A stretch of 64,000 bases of DNA, taken from NCBI GenBank assembly GCA_040954595.2, contig CM082580.2, forward strand, positions 8,844,390 to 8,908,389, in the 5' to 3' direction. The notes beneath the pieces are model-generated. The model ran no database searches. It saw nothing but the letters and a program-made list of their open reading frames with translations, and was not told the origin of the DNA. This document shows positions 60,974 through 64,000 of this stretch, piece after piece. The first letter of the stretch is position 1. Each line of letters begins with the position of its first letter. The stretch comes from Balanoglossus misakiensis. Taxonomy: Eukaryota > Animalia > Hemichordata. The position numbers were made by a program, and so were the translations under genes.

Positions 60974-62740
60974 TGTGGTTGTATTGGTTGCCGTGGTTAC
61001 AAAATGAAATGATCCGCTGTGCAGTGTAGCATTAAGTTGGTGAGCCTGTAGTGATGTTATTATATCCATTTTCATCAATAATAGGTCTGAGAAATATCCA
61101 TTATATATAATGATGCCGCGGTATATGCTCTTCATCTTTCAAACGATCATCATCATGCTTACTGTGAAAACGCGTTCTGGATATTTACGCGGAAAGTACA
61201 GTACACCTCAATTCTGAAAGTTTCACAAGCGCATTCCGGTTTCCAAGTAAAACGTCCTTTATTTCTTGTTGAAAAGAATTCAAATTATGACGACAGAAAA
61301 AAAAAACAGAAGGGGAATCATAAATCCGATCAGGAAAAATCCATACGTGGGTCGGTCGATGATAAACTTATAAGGGGGGGGGGGGAACCATTTGTTTTCT
61401 GGGATGGGGGATCTGGGTATATCAGCACATTGTTTTCCGCCATTGTTGAGCAAAACATTTTTTTATATTACCAGCCCTACTAATTTCTCTAGGCATTGCA
61501 GAAGAAACACGTTTTTTTTTTATTCTGTACCATCTGCCAACACTTTAAATCCTTCACCCCCAGCGAAATCGAATCCTCCATCTCCCCTAAAATGTCATAC
61601 CATCCCCAGTCGTATGTAATCGAGTCGCAATCGGTTTCGAATGACTTTGCCAAGCCTGCGTACATGGGAAGATTCGCCATGTCGCCAGTACGAGCAAGGT
61701 GAAAGTTTTGGTGAGGCAATGATACAGTTAACTAGTCTCAATGCTCCCAAATTTATATGAGAACAAGTTTTTAGACTGATTTTCAGGGTGCATTCTACCT
61801 TGGGGCGTTCCGACTTAATAGAAAGCTGTCTATATAAAGTCGCTCTGACCTATATTCTATTGTTGAGGTCAAACAATAGGCAAATATCCTTAAGCTTTGT
61901 CAAGCCTTTTCATTTCACCACACCGTTATCACATGGCGAATATCAACGAAACCATTCTTGAAGAAGAATTCCCCGATGCTATCTGTTGCAATACTGTTAT
62001 GATGGGGTTCTTTTGGCGACGAAAAGATTACGGACATGTTTTTGAAGATGTTTTTTGTGTGCATTATGTACCAAAGATGTCGAATTCAATACACTGATTC
62101 TGATAACCCATACATTCAAAGACGCGTGCCATCCAATGGCCCTGGGATCAACCGAACAGTTCCTTAGCAACGAGAAACTACCTTTGACTACAGCTATTAA
62201 GGAGCCGATCCCCGAAGACTTGCATCTAGTCTCTTTATTTCTAGCCGGGAGTCGATATGTACGTCAATGATAGCAAAAACACCCATTATTTGAACGGAGA
62301 CGCTGTGTTCAAACCTACAATTACTGGGATATGCATTGTGGTGAATGATTCAGGACGAACATGCAAAGGCCAACAGTACACTCTATCTCGCGCTGTGGGG
62401 TGTATTTTTGACAAGATGTAATCTAAAAAAAGTGTTTTCTCCAGAGTGAGCAAACACATTTGTTCCCCGTAAATAAAAGTCTTAAGCCCTTTCTCATACT
62501 TTGCTCAAGACAACTTCAGATCATTTTCTCGAATTTGTAAAATAAAATACCTGGGGTGTCACCATGCAAAATTTCGAATGAGTGAGCGAAATTGTCTTAA
62601 GTATGAAATACAAAATGGTTAAATCCATGGAAAAAGGGAATCTGGTTAAAATCAGATGAACAGGGTACGGCAACCCCTTTTACTTCGCGGGACAGCATAA
62701 GAATACAGTACCTTGATCAAGGATGAAATGTATTTACCTG

Positions 62741-62742
62741 CA

Positions 62743-62789
<47 letters not shown>
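62741..62789. repeat. (CAGT)n tetranucleotide microsatellite downstream of the GPCR
   Basis: About 12 CAGT units with one mismatch. Confidence 0.95.
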
Positions 62790-62790
<1 letters not shown>

Positions 62791-62975
62791 CCAACCCAAC
62801 CCCCCAATCAATCAACCCTCCTCCCTTGCAATTAATTACCATTTTATACCAATCCCAAAAGGGAGTGTACGGATCCTGCTTGCTAGAAAGTAATAATTCC
62901 GTCAAATCCACATGGATGCTTACGATCATGTCCAACGATTCAAGAAGAACGCGTGCGTGCACGTGCTCGCTGCAG

Positions 62976-64000
62976 CTACGATACAACGAACACGTCAACT
63001 GTTGAGGTTTTGCTGGCGACGGGACGCCTACACAAATCCCGACAGTCCCAAAGCCCGCGTAGGAGTTTGCCATAGGAACGGCGGAAACTCGGATTCGTCC
63101 ACCCGTATATGAGAGAGTTCATCGCGCTGTTGGCAAACCACAGAGAGGAGACGCCGAAGGGAGCGCCCTTTCGCGGGTCCATCAGGTAAAACCAATAGTG
63201 CGGGGTGATGCACAGGGTGTACGTCAAAAACGCCACGAAGAGGGACTTGGTGACCACAATGTCACGGCGGGACACGCTGCCGCCCTGGGGTGCCGCGTCC
63301 AGCGCCCGAGTCTGCCGCTTCACCTGGCGGATGGTCATCCAGATCTTCACGTAACAGAAGATGATTGTCGGGTAGGGCAGGGAGAAGTTCAACACTATCG
63401 CGGCGATGAAGTAGTAGATCCCGCTTCCCCTGGCGTCGAAGAGACATATCAGCTCGTCGCCTTTGAAGTGGTAGTCCGGCAGGAAGCCGAAAAAGGGAGT
63501 CGTGGCGAAGGCGAATCCGTAGAGGTGGGCGCCGAAGCCGAGGAGTGCCGTCCTCCGCCTCGACAGCATCTTGGACCCGCCCGGCTGCTTTCTGCAGACC
63601 GTGACATACCGATTGATGGCGATCAGCGTCATGCATATCGTCGAGCAAACTCCGCTCTGAATCATCAGGAAGGCGAAAGTCTGGCAGAGGAAGTTTCCCG
63701 TGTCGCCGTGGTGCTGGTAGCCGAAGCTGCGCCCGTTGGTGGCATAAGCCACGATGACGATACCCGTCAACACCGTCGAGGTGAAAATGTCCGAGACGGC
63801 CAGGACGAAGACGAGCAAGTTGGACGGGGTCCGCAGGTGGCGGTACCGCGCCACGGACGCCAGCACGAGCAAGTTGCCGGCGAACCCGACGAGGACCACG
63901 GGAACCAGAAAGGCTATTGCCACGCTTCTCTGAACGACCGACACAGATTCGACGAACGGGAAATCTGAAGTCGCCGAAGTAGTAGATGGTCCGCTGATGT
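62976..64000 (-). CDS. Rhodopsin-like (class A) 7TM GPCR, melatonin-receptor/Tre1-Moody-like; no intron in the visible part; 5' end beyond the window
   Basis: Seven hydrophobic helices with TM1 GN, TM2 LAVSD, TM3 Cys and IAINRY, an ECL2 Cys, TM5 P...CY, TM6 CITP, TM7 NSAMNSLIY and helix 8 NPSFRRSY. The frame stays open upstream of 63944 to position 64000. Confidence 0.9.
   Translation of the reverse strand, partial: ISGPSTTSATSDFPFVESVSVVQRSVAIAFLVPVVLVGFAGNLLVLASVARYRHLRTPSNLLVFVLAVSDIFTSTVLTGIVIVAYATNGRSFGYQHHGDTGNFLCQTFAFLMIQSGVCSTICMTLIAINRYVTVCRKQPGGSKMLSRRRTALLGFGAHLYGFAFATTPFFGFLPDYHFKGDELICLFDARGSGIYYFIAAIVLNFSLPYPTIIFCYVKIWMTIRQVKRQTRALDAAPQGGSVSRRDIVVTKSLFVAFLTYTLCITPHYWFYLMDPRKGAPFGVSSLWFANSAMNSLIYGWTNPSFRRSYGKLLRGLWDCRDLCRRPVASKTSTVDVFVVS

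Noticed and set aside
62976-63944. Opsin assignment for the GPCR
   Set aside because: No Lys at the retinal-binding position in TM7 (Phe instead).
63198-63968. 256-aa plus-strand ORF antisense to the GPCR
   Set aside because: Shadow ORF caused by the GC-rich codon usage of the GPCR, with no recognisable motifs.
1-64000. tRNA, rRNA, CRISPR arrays, U12-type introns and prokaryotic or viral systems
   Set aside because: No such signatures were seen by eye, and all inferred introns are GT-AG with U2-type donors. A covariance-model scan (Infernal/Rfam, tRNAscan-SE) would be needed to exclude small ncRNAs.

Overview
Intron-rich, AT-rich eukaryotic (animal) genomic DNA, most likely from a marine invertebrate. 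The taxon cannot be fixed from the sequence alone. No prokaryotic features, tRNA, rRNA or CRISPR arrays were seen. There are five protein-coding genes. (1) The 5' end of a PTPN3/PTPN4 (PTP-MEG) FERM phosphatase on the minus strand, continuing beyond position 1. (2) A complete 16-exon CPSF3/CPSF73 on the plus strand, about 690 aa. (3) A complete p190RhoGAP (ARHGAP35/ARHGAP5 family) on the minus strand, about 27 coding exons and about 1650 aa. (4) A complete 9-exon MFAP1 on the minus strand, about 452 aa. (5) An intronless class A GPCR with an NRY motif on the minus strand, truncated at the window end. The most unusual structure is in p190RhoGAP. The C-terminal part of its GAP domain is encoded twice, by two tandem, divergent, same-phase alternative terminal exons. 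Its middle region is an array of symmetric cassette exons and candidate microexons carrying repeated NxxY/YxxP tyrosine motifs, flanked by Rbfox- and QKI-type motifs. Also present are a roughly 90-bp TTAA-flanked MITE family, a 417-bp insertion with a 9-bp target-site duplication in MFAP1, and back-to-back poly(A) signals between the convergent CPSF3 and p190 genes. All exon structures were read by eye from splice consensus and reading-frame continuity and need RNA confirmation.
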